From positions 320,001 through 384,000 of the forward strand of contig CAVYIM010000004.1 of NCBI GenBank assembly GCA_963768655.1: a stretch of 64,000 bases of DNA, in the 5' to 3' direction. The notes below the pieces were generated by a model. It saw only the letters and a program-made list of their open reading frames with translations, was not told the origin of the DNA and ran no database searches. Positions 1-10,846 of this stretch are shown piece by piece; position 1 is the first letter of the stretch, and the number at the start of each line of letters is the position of its first letter. Origin of the DNA: an uncultured Chloroflexia bacterium (GTDB taxonomy: Bacteria > Chloroflexota > Limnocylindria > Limnocylindrales > CSP1-4). The translations under genes were made by a program, and so were the position numbers.

Positions 1-10
1 CCCGCTGCTC

Positions 11-1405
11 ATGCTGGCCAGCACTCTGGCGGCCCGGGCATTCATGGTCGGCTCGGCGCTGGCCCTTGCGACGCTGATCCTGACCCTCCTGTTCGGCCGT
101 GCCTGGTGCGGCTGGCTGTGTCCGCTCGGAACTATGTTCGACCTGGTCCCTGTCAGGCCCGGGCGCGGTCGGCGCCTGGCCGTGCCGGAAGGCTTGCGCA
201 AGGTCAAGTACGTCCTGTTCTTCCTCATCCTGTTCGCCGCGCTGCTGGGCAACCAGACCCTGCTCTTCCTCGACCCGCTGGCCATCTTCTTCCGAACCCT
301 CACCACGGCCGTCTGGCCTGCCCTGGACCAGATCGTGACGGCCCTCGAAACCTTCCTGTCTCAGATCCCGGGCTTCGGCGGGCCGATCTCCTCGCTGGAC
401 ACGGTCATCCGGCCGCTCATCCTGCCCGCCGAGCCGGTCTCGTACGAGGATGCCTTCTTGTTCGCATCCTTCTTCGTTTTGCTCGTGGCGCTGAACGCTC
501 TCGCTCCGCGCTTCTGGTGTCGCTATCTCTGTCCCCTGGGCGGGTTTCTCGGCCTGATCAGTCGGGTAGCCATCTTCCGCCGAGAGGTGGCGGCGTCGTG
601 CAGCAACTGCGGCCTGTGCGCGGAAGATTGCCCGACCGGAACCATCGACCCGGCCAGGAACCACGCCAGCGACCCGGCCGAATGCACGGTCTGCATGGGA
701 TGCCTGGAGGCGTGCCCGCTCGGTTCCGTCGAGTTCAAGCCGAGCCTGTCCCAGGCCGAAGGTCGGCCCTACGACCCCCGCCGGCGCGAACTGCTCCTGG
801 CACTCGGCGTTGCAGCCGTTGGAATCGCTCTCTTCCAGAGCGATCTGCTTGCCAAACGCGAATCTCCTTTCCTGCTGCGTCCGCCCGGGTCGCGAGAAAG
901 CAACCCGGACGTCGTGGCCCTCACGGACTGCACACGCTGCAGCGAGTGCGCTCGCGTCTGCCCGACGGGAGCCATCCAGCCGGCCATCCTTCAGGCCGGG
1001 CTGCAGGGTCTGGGCACGCCCGTGTTGGTCCCGCGCCTGGGCTACTGCGACTACTCCTGCAACGCCTGTGGCCAGGTCTGCCCAACGCAGGCCATCCCAC
1101 TGCTCAGCCTGGCGGACAAGCAGCAGCAGGTCATCGGCAATGCCTACATCGACCAGAACCGCTGCCTTGCCTGGTCGGATCACCAGCCCTGCGTCGTCTG
1201 CCAGGAGATGTGCCCGCTGCCCGAGAAGGCGATCCAGCTCGAGGAGCAGGATGTCTGGAGCCCGGACGGAGGCACGGTCAGTCTGCAGCTGCCGCACGTC
1301 GTCAGGAACCTCTGCATCGGGTGCGGACTCTGCGAGTACAGATGTCCGGTCAGTGGCGACGCGGCCATTCGCGTGTATGTCCCGCCGCTGCCGGTACCGT
1401 ACTAG
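11..1405 (+). CDS. Membrane polyferredoxin (NapH/MauN-like plus NapG/MauM-like 4Fe-4S protein), probably cut by the window edge
   Basis: GRAWCGWLCPLG and RFWCRYLCPLG motifs, several CxxCxxCxxxCP clusters, TM helices. Confidence 0.85.
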   Translation: MLASTLAARAFMVGSALALATLILTLLFGRAWCGWLCPLGTMFDLVPVRPGRGRRLAVPEGLRKVKYVLFFLILFAALLGNQTLLFLDPLAIFFRTLTTAVWPALDQIVTALETFLSQIPGFGGPISSLDTVIRPLILPAEPVSYEDAFLFASFFVLLVALNALAPRFWCRYLCPLGGFLGLISRVAIFRREVAASCSNCGLCAEDCPTGTIDPARNHASDPAECTVCMGCLEACPLGSVEFKPSLSQAEGRPYDPRRRELLLALGVAAVGIALFQSDLLAKRESPFLLRPPGSRESNPDVVALTDCTRCSECARVCPTGAIQPAILQAGLQGLGTPVLVPRLGYCDYSCNACGQVCPTQAIPLLSLADKQQQVIGNAYIDQNRCLAWSDHQPCVVCQEMCPLPEKAIQLEEQDVWSPDGGTVSLQLPHVVRNLCIGCGLCEYRCPVSGDAAIRVYVPPLPVPY

Positions 1406-1450
1406 GATCGAGACCAGGATCGAGCGACATCAGTCGCCCTGAGGCACCTC

Positions 1451-1486
1451 TTCCCGAACGGGCAACGGAATCCTCCCGAAGGTGCG
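1451..1486. promoter_or_regulatory. Pair of degenerate YGCCY-N4-RGGCA-like sites upstream of the cargo-like gene
   Basis: TTCCC-GAAC-GGGCA at 1451 and a weaker CTCCC-GAAG-GTGCG at 1473; similar sites at 51366-51400 and 56388-56453. Confidence 0.45.
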
Positions 1487-1629
1487 GTAGATCGGCTCAG
1501 CCGACGCGGCGGCGGCGCGCGATCATATGCGAGGACGTTCGGCCAGGCACCGGACCGCCCGAGAGGAGACCTGAGTGCACGACTGGCCGGTGGATCGGTC
1601 GCCTGCACGGCGCGGCGAGGGCGCCTGAG

Positions 1630-3081
1630 ATGCGCGCCCACATGCTCGCCCGCAAGCAGCGGGGCGAGGACGGCCGCCAATCGCTGAACGGGCGCCCAGG
1701 CGGCGGTCCGCGACGAACCGGCGAGGACGTGACGCCGCTCGTCGCGCACGTGCTCGCGCTCCAGAGCTCCGCCGGCAACGCCGCCGTGTCTCGGCTGTTC
1801 GCGGGCGGGGCTTCGTCGCCGACCGCCGTCCCCGCGAACGAGGGCGACGAGGAGGATCTGCAAGACGGGGCCGAACCGTCGGGGACGACACAGCCGGCTC
1901 CGGCCCAGGGTGAAGCCGCGGGCGCGAGCGATCTGGCGGAGCCGGAGCCGACCGGCGGCGGCCAGCCCGGCGATCTGACCGAGCCGGCTCCGGCCCAGGG
2001 CGAAGCCGCAGGCCCGAGCGATCTGGCCGAGCCCGAGCCGACCGGTGGCGGCGCTGCGGGTCTCGAGGGCGAGAGCGGGACCGAAGCCGGGGCCGAGCCG
2101 ACAGGCGGGGCCGGCGCTGCGGGTCTCGAGGGCGAGAGCGGAACCGCAGCCGGGGGGGCCAGCGCTGCGGGTTCCGAAGGCGCGAATTGGACCGAAGGCG
2201 ACGGCGCCGGCGGTCCCGGTGCCGGCTGGACGGAGGGCGACGGTGGTGGAGGCGGCGAAGGTGAGGGCGACGTGCCCGACGTCGTCGAGGAGGATCCGTT
2301 CCTCCCGCTGACCGGGGGCGGTCCCGTCGCGTCTGGTCCGGGCCCGAGCCCGGCCTCGACCGGCGGCTCGGGCCCCGGCTTCGTGGATCTCGGTCGGGTC
2401 GGCAGTTCAGCTGCCGGCGAGCCCATCTCCGACGAGACGTACAAGCCGCACGCCTTCACCGATGGCGGCCGTGCCGGGTCGGCGCAATGGAGCGGCGGCG
2501 GCCCCGGCGGCGGTCCCAAGGGCAACGAGGAAGCCGGCTCGACGTCGCCCGACGGGACGGTGCAACCAAAGTACGTCTCGCGGTCCAATGGCGTTCTCCG
2601 ACAGTCGGAGGCGTGGGTGACCCCCGGTACCGGAACCGTCAGCGTCGTCCGACAGTGGTTCGGGGCCGAGCCCGGCGACCAGGGCAACGGCTGGTACGTG
2701 ACCGACGCGGCCGCGGCGCGCCTCAACCAGCATGAGGAACTCCACGTCCAGAAATCGCGTGAGTACTACAGCCAGTTCCTCGACCCGATGATGAATCGGA
2801 TGGCGACCTGGGGCCCAACCGGAAACCACGCCACGGCATACCTGCAGTGGTCGGCGATCTCGACGCTCGAGGCGGCCGTGGGCTGGGACAAGGCGCTGGA
2901 GAGCTTCTTCGTGCAGGATCGCCTGGCCAACGTGAACGGCGGGATCGTCGACCAGGACGACCTCAGCTCCGGCACGTACCCCCAGCGATTCCCGTCGCCG
3001 GAGAAGCCGGAGCAGATCAAGATCGGCGGCAAGGACTACGCCTCGCTTCTGAAGATGCCAGGCGAGAAGACGCCGGCGTAG
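1630..3081 (+). CDS. Putative CIS cargo/effector: LQSSAGNAAV motif, acidic Gly/Pro linker, C-terminal HEELH domain
   Basis: ATG 1630 after GAGG; motif at 1759-1788 matches [10 protein letters not shown] of the DUF4157 protein; HExxH at 2731-2745. Confidence 0.7.
   Translation: MRAHMLARKQRGEDGRQSLNGRPGGGPRRTGEDVTPLVAHVLALQSSAGNAAVSRLFAGGASSPTAVPANEGDEEDLQDGAEPSGTTQPAPAQGEAAGASDLAEPEPTGGGQPGDLTEPAPAQGEAAGPSDLAEPEPTGGGAAGLEGESGTEAGAEPTGGAGAAGLEGESGTAAGGASAAGSEGANWTEGDGAGGPGAGWTEGDGGGGGEGEGDVPDVVEEDPFLPLTGGGPVASGPGPSPASTGGSGPGFVDLGRVGSSAAGEPISDETYKPHAFTDGGRAGSAQWSGGGPGGGPKGNEEAGSTSPDGTVQPKYVSRSNGVLRQSEAWVTPGTGTVSVVRQWFGAEPGDQGNGWYVTDAAAARLNQHEELHVQKSREYYSQFLDPMMNRMATWGPTGNHATAYLQWSAISTLEAAVGWDKALESFFVQDRLANVNGGIVDQDDLSSGTYPQRFPSPEKPEQIKIGGKDYASLLKMPGEKTPA
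1891..2160 (+). repeat. Intragenic duplications (PAPAQGEAAGxSDLAEPEPTGGG x2; AAGLEGESGT x2)
   Basis: Direct repeats visible in DNA and protein. Confidence 0.85.
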
Positions 3082-3308
3082 CGGCGCCCGGCAGGCTGCA
3101 GGCCCTTGCGTGGGCCCAGGCCAGTCTCGGATTTCGTCCGGGGTCTCGCGTCCGTCCCATTGGTGTGGATTCGACCCAACAACCGCGTCGTGACTCACTA
3201 CACTTCTGGCGGGTCCAGTCCGGGTAGGAAGGGTGCCAGGGCAAGGGTTCCGTCACGCGAGCCCGATCTCCCGGAGACAGGGGACCGGCTCGTACGTCCC
3301 TGCGAACC

Positions 3309-5009
3309 CCTTCTGCTACGCCTACGACGCCACCGACGAGCTCCTCTGGAAGGGTCCGAACGCTAACGGCTCGGGGTCCTCCGCCTTTAGCTACGATGCC
3401 CTGGGCAACCTGCTCTCGAGCCAGCCCTCGGGTCCGGACTCGGGCAGCCTGAAGCCGACCACCTACACCTACGACCCCGCCGGGCACCTGCTCACCATCG
3501 ACGATGGCACGGCGGCCCAGAAGGTCACCTTCACCATCGATGCCGCCGGCCGTCATGCGAGCGAGGTTATCGGCTCGGGAGCGACCACGACGTACGAGTA
3601 CCTCGGTACATCGGATGTGATCAGCTCGGAGACTACGAGCGGCGTCACGACCTACTCGGGTATCGATGCCATCGGCGATCGATTGAGCCAGGGCAGCGGC
3701 GCCAGCGTGGCGGGCTGGCTCATCGCCGATCTCCACGGCAACATCGTCGCCGCCGCATCGAGCGGCTCCTCGCCGGCCTATCTAGATGCCTACCGCTACG
3801 ACCCCTACGGCGAGACCTGCGGCTCCTGGGCCGCCTCATCGGGCTCGCTCACCGTACCCTGGCGCTTTCAGGGCCGGATCCTGGAGTCGGACATCGGCGC
3901 CGGTACCGATCTGTATGACTTCGGGGCTCGCGCCTACGATCCCGATCTTGGCGACTTCACGAGCTTCGACACCGTCTCGGGCTCCGCCCTGAACCCGCTC
4001 ACCCTCAACCGCTACCTCTATGCCAGCGCCAACCCTGAGACATTGGTGGATCCGGACGGCCACGCCAACTGCGGTGGCGCCGGGAACGCGGCCGAGGAGG
4101 AAGCCTGCGAGGCGGCCGCGGAACCTCCGTCGCCTGTGTCTCAACCTGTCTCTCATCCGAACACCGAGCTCTTCAACTGCTCGGGCGCACCCGCCTCGTC
4201 TGCTGCCGAGTGCGAGGCGGCCAAGTTCGACGCTCAGCTTGAGACGGCGCGGGCCGAGCTGTCGGGCAGCACCGACTCGACCACCGCGGCCTACGACTCC
4301 GTGCTACACGACTCTGTGCTACACGACACCACCGACTCGGGCAGCGCGGTCTACTCGTACACGAGCAGTGCAGACGCGGCGGTCCCCACGACCTACCTGG
4401 GCGAAACCGCCGACGTGAAGCGCAACATCGCCAACGAGAACGAGATGGAGCACTACAGCGGGCAATGTCTGAACGGGAACGACTCGGCCTGCGCGACGAT
4501 GAAGACGATCAATGTGGACTACAACAACGTGTCGAACTTGCTTGGAAACGTAAGTACTCTCGGAAGTAGTGCCGGTCTGTGTTTGTTGACGGGCGCAGAA
4601 ACTCTAGGCGTCGGCTGCACACCTCTCATCGGCGAAGCTATCTACACGGCCATCACAGCGGGAGAACAACTTAAGGAAGGGCCAGCCACTTCTGGAAGGC
4701 TGGTCCTGGCAGGATGCCACAATCGCAGCGGTGGGCACATACGTGATGACCACGACGGACTTGACCGTGCCGGTGGTGGCGGGTCTGGGTGCAGCTGTCG
4801 GGTTCGTCTCAGACGTGATTTCACAGGAGGCCAAACATCCACTCACAATGCCCAACCTCCCGCACGCTTTCTGCGCAAGTGGCACGAGCGGCCTCTCCTC
4901 CGTAGCCGTGTTCAGCAAGACAGTCAATGGCGTGGTGCGAGGCGCCTTCTGGAGTCTGTTGACTGGTTTCGATAGCAACGAAGTCTGCAATGAGGTGTTT
5001 GGTGGATAG
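3309..5009 (+). pseudogene. rhs: Orphan Rhs module A1: truncated type A core plus toxin tip with one frameshift
   Basis: YD repeats; NRYLYASANPETLVDPDGH ending at 4063; an extra G at 4679-4681 joins the tip to the 4731..5009 frame. Confidence 0.85.
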
Positions 5010-5376
5010 CGCCGCGCAGCAAGCAGCGATTGTCTTCTTTATCTGTTGCTTACCGATGAGCGTCCTCTGGTCGTCTGTCGCGATCTTGTCCGCAGGCTTT
5101 CTTGGCCATCCTCAGGATCAGCCAGCCGTTGTCCAGTTCCTCGTCTCTAGGACTGGTTCAGGCCTGGAGTACGACCATCCAGTTCCGGTCGTATTTGCCC
5201 TGTCATGTTTGGGTTTCGCGGCCTTCAACTTCGTGCCCGTGTCTCTCCTTGCCGACAACCCATATGGCCCGCAAAGCCTGGCCGTCGACGTCGTGTACCT
5301 GATTGTCCTCGGGCTTTGGCTTGTCCGGTTGGCGGTGGCACTGATCCGATCACGATCCCGCCACCCGGACGAGTGA
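5002..5376 (+). CDS. Candidate 3-TM immunity protein for tip A1
   Basis: GTG after GAGGTG overlaps the toxin stop; homologous to 14018..14392. Confidence 0.7.
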   Translation: MDSAAQQAAIVFFICCLPMSVLWSSVAILSAGFLGHPQDQPAVVQFLVSRTGSGLEYDHPVPVVFALSCLGFAAFNFVPVSLLADNPYGPQSLAVDVVYLIVLGLWLVRLAVALIRSRSRHPDE

Positions 5377-5386
5377 CCGTCTCCCG

Positions 5387-5735
5387 ATGAGTGGTCTCGG
5401 CGATTTCTACGTGGGCTGCCTGCTGGCGGCCGGGGAGGTCGTGGTCGTAGTGGCGATCGAGGTTCGAAATCGCCCTCGGTCTGGGTCGGATACCCGTCTC
5501 AGGCCCCTTGGCGATGATCGCTCGCGACTTCGAGGCTCCAGTGAGCCACCGACGTACATACCTGGCGACATACGCCCTGATCCTGGCCATGTTTCAGTTC
5601 TTCCCATTGAGCCAGGAGCGGTTGTTGGGTGGCAGTTCTCCGCCGAACCATATCAGCGGTGCCGCGGTCGTTGCTGCGGAGATACTCTTCGCCGTATATG
5701 TCTGGCTCGGCACCCGTCCGGCGGAACCGAAGTAG
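5387..5735 (+). pseudogene. Frameshifted small membrane protein, candidate orphan immunity
   Basis: Hydrophobic N-terminus in the 5387 frame continues in the 5508..5735 frame; shift near 5500. Confidence 0.5.
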
Positions 5736-6089
5736 GCGAGTGACGCTCGACTATCAATGCCGTCCCGTGACCAAAGCCAAGAGTAGCCAGGATTGTGCCC
5801 AGCGCGGGCGGGCAAGATCTTCCAACCCAGCCGGCATGCAGACGAAGATTTGCATGACCGCCATAGGAAAGGGACTGTCGTGACACCGCAGTGGTATCGA
5901 TGTCCGTCGTGCGGCGGGGCCTTAGGGCCGGGCACCGCGTTCTGTCCGGCCTGTGGCGCGAGATTCGCTCAACCGACGCCAGGTGCGCAGCCGTGGGTTC
6001 CGGCAGATCCGTCGCAGCCGCCATACGGCGCTCCGCCATACGCCGTTCCGCCCTACGGCGCCCCGGTCGCCGCGCCTACGGCCAAGACC

Positions 6090-7578
6090 GAGGATGTCCC
6101 GCTCGTCGTGGAATTTCAGTGAGGGTCGGGTCTCCAGGTTGCTGATCATATCGGTTGGTTGGTAGCGCTCGCCTCGCTTTCGATGTGGAGCTCGCGCTTT
6201 AGCGCAGCGGCAAGAATGGGCAGCTCCCGATAGCCGCAGACTCGGCGGAACTGAGCCTCTGCGGCGAGCATCCCAGCGGCGGCCCAGCGCAGCGCCATCT
6301 CGCCCGACTCCCAGTTCTTCACCCGGCGGGCGTGCGTCTTGACGATCTCGATCATCGATTCCATCGGGTTGGTCGACTCGAGCGTCCTCCAGAGCGAGCC
6401 GCTGATGCCCAGACGCGTCAGGGTGAGCGTGTCGTCGAGCCCCTCGCGCAGCGACGCGGCGGCTCCCGGACGGCTGTGGGCCAGACTGCGGGCCAGGGAG
6501 TGGAGGGCCGCCTTCGCCCTGTCCGGATCTCGCTCGGCCCAGGCGGCCCGAAGCCGGCGCTGGGCGAGCGGTCGTTCGATCTCGGGCAGGTGCTCTAGAA
6601 CGTTGCGCTCTTTGTGGCGATGGCAGCGATGGATCGCCACGCCTTTGCCCAAGAAGGTGGGGATGGCCGAACCGATGGCGGAGCCGCCGTCGACGACGAA
6701 GAGGACGCCTGCGCTTGTGTCCAGACCGCGATCGCGCAAGTCCGCCAGGAGCGCGTTGACCACCGCGCTGTTCTCGGTCGTGCCCTCGACCACGCCGAGG
6801 GGCACCTTGTGGCCGGCGGCGTCGATCCCGAGCGCGCCTACGAGCAGGTGATCGCCCAGGCGAAAGCCATCGAGCATGAGCACGAGGTAGCGGCGGTCGT
6901 CGAGTCTGCGCCCGAGCAGCTCAGCCAGGCGCTCTGCCGTGGCGGCGAGGAAGCGGCGGCTGACGGCGGCGTGGCTGGTCGAGACGGCGGCCTCCTCGAT
7001 GGCCTCGCCAACAGGCTCGAGGCCAACCGGATAGTCGCGAGTCGAGAGCCCCGCGAGCATCCGGGCGACGATCCCGTCGGCGAGCAGATCGCTGGCTCTC
7101 GCGGCCTCGTAGGTCGCGAGCGGCAGCTCGGCTGCTCCATCGGCACTTCGCACACGTGGCCGCTCGACGCGGAGTCGGCGGCCGCCCAGGGTCACGGTTC
7201 CGGCTTCACTGCCATGGCGATAGGCAACTCGATCCGCTCGGTGGCGGCCGCGTGGGCCGGCCAGGCCGTCAACCTCAGCCGCCATCAGCTCGTCGAGGAC
7301 CTCGAGGCCGACCGCGGTCGAAGCGGCCAGCAGGCCCTCGCGCAGATGGCTCGCGAACGTGGCGAGATGGCCCTCGAGCCGCCCTGTCAGCTCAGCAGGA
7401 AGCTGGTGAACGAGACGGCGAGGTCGGCGGCATCGCTTCTCAGGGCGGGGCCGGACGTGGGACGATGGCATGGGTTCCTCCAGTTCGACTTTCCGGGTCT
7501 CCCGTAGCGTGACAGCTCACGCTCCGGGCTGGAGGACCCACCCCTCAACTCAAATTCCACGGAACTCGGGACAACCTC
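6090..7578 (-). mobile_element. IS256-family element copy 1 (1489 bp)
   Basis: Imperfect 27-bp inverted ends GAGG(A/T)TGTCCCG...CGTGGAATTT; 8-bp target duplication CCAAGACC. Confidence 0.95.
6146..7471 (-). CDS. IS256 (mutator-type) DDE transposase
   Basis: LMLDG, FVVDG, HRCHRHKERN and STNPMES motifs; 441 aa. Confidence 0.92.
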   Translation of the reverse strand: MPSSHVRPRPEKRCRRPRRLVHQLPAELTGRLEGHLATFASHLREGLLAASTAVGLEVLDELMAAEVDGLAGPRGRHRADRVAYRHGSEAGTVTLGGRRLRVERPRVRSADGAAELPLATYEAARASDLLADGIVARMLAGLSTRDYPVGLEPVGEAIEEAAVSTSHAAVSRRFLAATAERLAELLGRRLDDRRYLVLMLDGFRLGDHLLVGALGIDAAGHKVPLGVVEGTTENSAVVNALLADLRDRGLDTSAGVLFVVDGGSAIGSAIPTFLGKGVAIHRCHRHKERNVLEHLPEIERPLAQRRLRAAWAERDPDRAKAALHSLARSLAHSRPGAAASLREGLDDTLTLTRLGISGSLWRTLESTNPMESMIEIVKTHARRVKNWESGEMALRWAAAGMLAAEAQFRRVCGYRELPILAAALKRELHIESEASATNQPI

Positions 7579-8015
7579 CCAAGACCGAGCTCGGCATGAT
7601 TGCCGGCCTTCTCGCCCTTGGCGGCGGCCTGGTGGCCATCGCCTCGGCGTGGCTGCCCTGGGTGACCTATCCTTGGGCCACGCTCTGGAGCCCCACCAAC
7701 TCGACCGATCTGTCCACTCTCCACTGCTGCTACTACCTGGTGGCTGGCGGCGCCATCGCGGCAGTGTGCGGTACGCTGCTCCTCCGCGCCGGTCGGGCGA
7801 CACGGCTCGCCAAGCTCGTCGGCATAGGTGCGATGGCGGGCGGGGCACTCGCGATCGCCGTCGAGGTGGACGCCTATAGCTGGATCAACCGCTTCCTGAC
7901 CATCGCCGCCGGCGACAGCGTCGTCCCGGCCATGGGCTACGGGCTCTACGTCGGCCTCGCTGGCGGCGTGGCGAGTGTCATCGGTGGCTTACTTGGGTTG
8001 GTCGGGCGCCGCTAG

Positions 8016-8157
8016 CCGTTGAAGCCGGCCCCAACACCGCCAAGGCGATGGCCGCCGTCCGGGTGACTTTCTCCGCTGGTCCCGCCGAGGTGGCGGTTGG
8101 CGTTCGAATCGGCCGTCCAGCGGCAAACGCGCAAGCCTTCATCTATGGTCCGTCGCC
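8016..8157 (+). repeat. About 140-bp diverged repeat, second copy near 20566-20707
   Basis: Shared gaagccggccc...cgatggccgccgtccgggtga...ggtcccgcc...ggccgtcca blocks, each just before an Rhs core. Confidence 0.75.
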
Positions 8158-9601
8158 GGTCACCTTCACCATCGATGCCGCCGGCCGTCATGCGAGCGAG
8201 GTCATCGGCTCGGGAGCGACCACGACGTACGAGTACCTCGGTACATCGGATGTGATCAGCTCGGAGACTACGAGCGGCGTCACGACCTACTCGGGTATCG
8301 ATGCCATCGGCGATCGATTGAGCCAGGGCAGCGGCGCCAGCGTGGCGGGCTGGCTCATCGCCGATCTCCACGGCAACATCGTCGCCGCCGCATCGAGCGG
8401 CTCCTCGCCGGCCTATCTAGATGCCTACCGCTACGACCCCTACGGCGAGACCTGCGGCTCCTGGGCCGCCTCATCGGGCTCGCTCACCGTACCCTGGCGC
8501 TTTCAGGGCCGGATCCTGGAGTCGGACATCGGCGCCGGTACCGATCTGTATGACTTCGGGGCCCGCGCCTACGATCCCGATCTTGGCGACTTCACGAGCT
8601 TCGACACCGTATCGGGCTCCGCCCTGAACCCGCTCACCCTCAACCGCTACCTCTATGCCAGCGCCAACCCGGCGACCCTTGTGGATCCGGACGGCCATTG
8701 CGCCGGCGACGCCGACGACGAGCGAGGGCTCATGGACAAGTGCACGTCATGGGCGTACGTGGGATCGGACCTCGAGTGCGTCGAGCGAGGCCACAAGCCG
8801 TCCAGAGGGAAGACGCCGACGGTGACTCCAACGGTGACTCCGACAGCCCAATCGCCTCAACTCACCGGCAAGGAGGCTGCCTACTACAACTTCTGCATGA
8901 ACAACTTCGCCAATGACGAATCGGGCACGATGCCGGACCTTCCTCAGCAGCAGATGACGTGCAATTCTCAAGTAGCCAAGCTGTACGGTGCGCCGTCTGC
9001 TGACGATTCGGCAGCAGCGACAGCTGCTGCGGCTTGCGCTAAGGGCTCGATGAGCGCGTGCGTGGCCCTCGGGGAGTACGTGGCGAACACAGCCTCAAAT
9101 GGCAATTGGCAAGATGCCAAGGAATGTGCATGGAACGAAGACCAAGAATCGGCCGCATGCGCGCAAGTCGGAGTCGAAGTGACGTCGGATACCCTCGCCC
9201 TTTACGCGAAGGTGATAAAGGGTCAGGCGGCCAGTTCCGGGCAGTTGGCAGACGCGAGTGCACCGGCTGTCCCAGTCGCCGAGGCGGACAGTGCGGCCAG
9301 CGACCTATCCAAAGGCATCGGGGTCTTCGGCGCGGCTCTAGACTCAGGCGTGACCTACTTCTCCTGCTCAGGCGGCGAGCATCCGAATGAGAATTGCGTG
9401 GTAAGAGGCGGGATCGCTGGTGGATCCGACTTGGTTGGGGGGTTTGGAGGCGGGACCTTGGCCCTCACGATTTGCGCAGGAGGTGCAGCTGCGACGGCGG
9501 GCCTTTCATGCGTTGCCGCAGGGATCTTGGTCGGTGTGGCCGCGTCTGGTGCGCTGAAATGGATCGGCGACACGACGGGGGACCTAACCAAATGGTGGTG
9601 A
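8158..9601 (+). pseudogene. rhs: Orphan Rhs module A2: short type A core plus intact Cys-rich tip (ORF open from ATG 8048)
   Basis: Core nearly identical to A1; DPDGH ends at 8698; tip ends in a Gly/Ala hydrophobic hairpin. Confidence 0.85.
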
Positions 9602-9771
9602 CCGCCCTGAGTTCGTGCCTGGCCACGGAGCCGCCACGGAAGGCCGGCTTCATCGGGACGTGACTCTTGATCGAGGAGACTTGGGCCCATGCACTTAGCG
9701 AGGTCGCGGGCGCTAGCCGGCCGGCGCTGGCGTGTAGGGCGGTACGGAACGGAAGCAGGAGCGCGGAGGAC

Positions 9772-10815
9772 ATGAGCGTGTTCCGTCGTCTCCTCGCCTT
9801 TGGAGGTTGGTGCGCCCATCAGGGCAACCAACTGATGATCGGGACCTACAACCGAAGCCACGACCGGGCCATCCGTCCGAGTTGGCTTTTCGTCTCGTGT
9901 GGATTGCTGGCACTCTTTGCTGCCGCAGCGGGAGTCGCAGCAGTCACCGCGGCCACCACCGGACTGGCCAGTACGACCGTCGCGCAGGTGGCGGCCGGAG
10001 GCCCCCTCCAGGCAGGATCCAGGTACGTGAGGGTTTCGGGCACGCCCGAGCCTGGGGGTGTCCAGCTCTGCAATTCGGACGGATCGTGCCAGGACCTGGT
10101 CGTGCTCACGGACGGGGCCGGTGGGCACGCCATCTTCGTGCTCACGGACGGCCCTGCGCCCAATCCAGGTCCCGACGGCACCGTTACATTCACCGGTCTG
10201 GTCGTCGATGGCACGAGCGGAGGCCGGGACACGAGCGACTGGCAGTCGCTCGTGCGGATGAGGATGCTCACAGTCATCCCGCTGTCGCTGGACTACCTGG
10301 ACGCCACTTGGAGTCCGGCCAATCTGCCATTGGCGATCGCTGGCGCGATCTTCTTCGCCGGGCTTGACCTGCTGATCGCCCTCGGTTGGCTGGTTGGCTT
10401 GATGCCCTTTGCGGCCCTGCCCCGAACGGCCGTAGCTCCGATCGAAACTGGGGCCGGGAGCCCGTTGAGCAGCGTTCCTGTTGGCATTACAGGGGTGCTC
10501 GTGGACATCAGAGGTAAGAAGAGGCGGTACCGGGATCGGCCGGCCCGATTGGACCTGGACCGGACCGGAGCGAGTGTGATTATCAGCCAGTGGGTCGCCC
10601 GCTACCGCCATGTGGCCACTGCTCTGGTACCGAGTACGGAGGCGTTGATCGAACCGGCCGGCGTCTCAGGGGTGAACCGCGGAACTGGCTACCTGGTTAC
10701 CCGTACCAAACCCGCCATCAAGATGGCTACAGAAACCGGGCAGATCATTCTGACTTTCAAGGATGCTCTCACGAGAGACCGGGCTTTCGCCGAGGTCGCG
10801 GCCTGGGCGCGGTGA
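9772..10815 (+). CDS. Membrane protein with two TM regions, candidate immunity for A2
   Basis: GGAGGA before ATG 9772; hydrophobic segments; position after the tip. Confidence 0.65.
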   Translation: MSVFRRLLAFGGWCAHQGNQLMIGTYNRSHDRAIRPSWLFVSCGLLALFAAAAGVAAVTAATTGLASTTVAQVAAGGPLQAGSRYVRVSGTPEPGGVQLCNSDGSCQDLVVLTDGAGGHAIFVLTDGPAPNPGPDGTVTFTGLVVDGTSGGRDTSDWQSLVRMRMLTVIPLSLDYLDATWSPANLPLAIAGAIFFAGLDLLIALGWLVGLMPFAALPRTAVAPIETGAGSPLSSVPVGITGVLVDIRGKKRRYRDRPARLDLDRTGASVIISQWVARYRHVATALVPSTEALIEPAGVSGVNRGTGYLVTRTKPAIKMATETGQIILTFKDALTRDRAFAEVAAWAR

Positions 10816-10846
10816 AGCATTGGAAGGCGGCGGACCGTGCGGGCTC

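Larger units (their letters stand above)
5880..8015 (+). pseudogene. Zinc-ribbon plus multi-TM membrane protein split by IS copy 1
   Basis: CPSC/CPAC ribbon and Pro-rich linker; the frame APTAKT|ELGMIAG is restored when the IS and one target copy are removed. Confidence 0.8.

Noticed and set aside
106-1629. 991-aa ORF starting at 106
   Set aside because: The first 508 codons overlap the ferredoxin gene in another frame and read as GC-rich shadow; the likely start is 1630
3160-3180. ggattcgaccc resembling a tRNA T-loop (possible integration site)
   Set aside because: No cloverleaf, acceptor stem or CCA, and no direct repeat seen at the other end of the array
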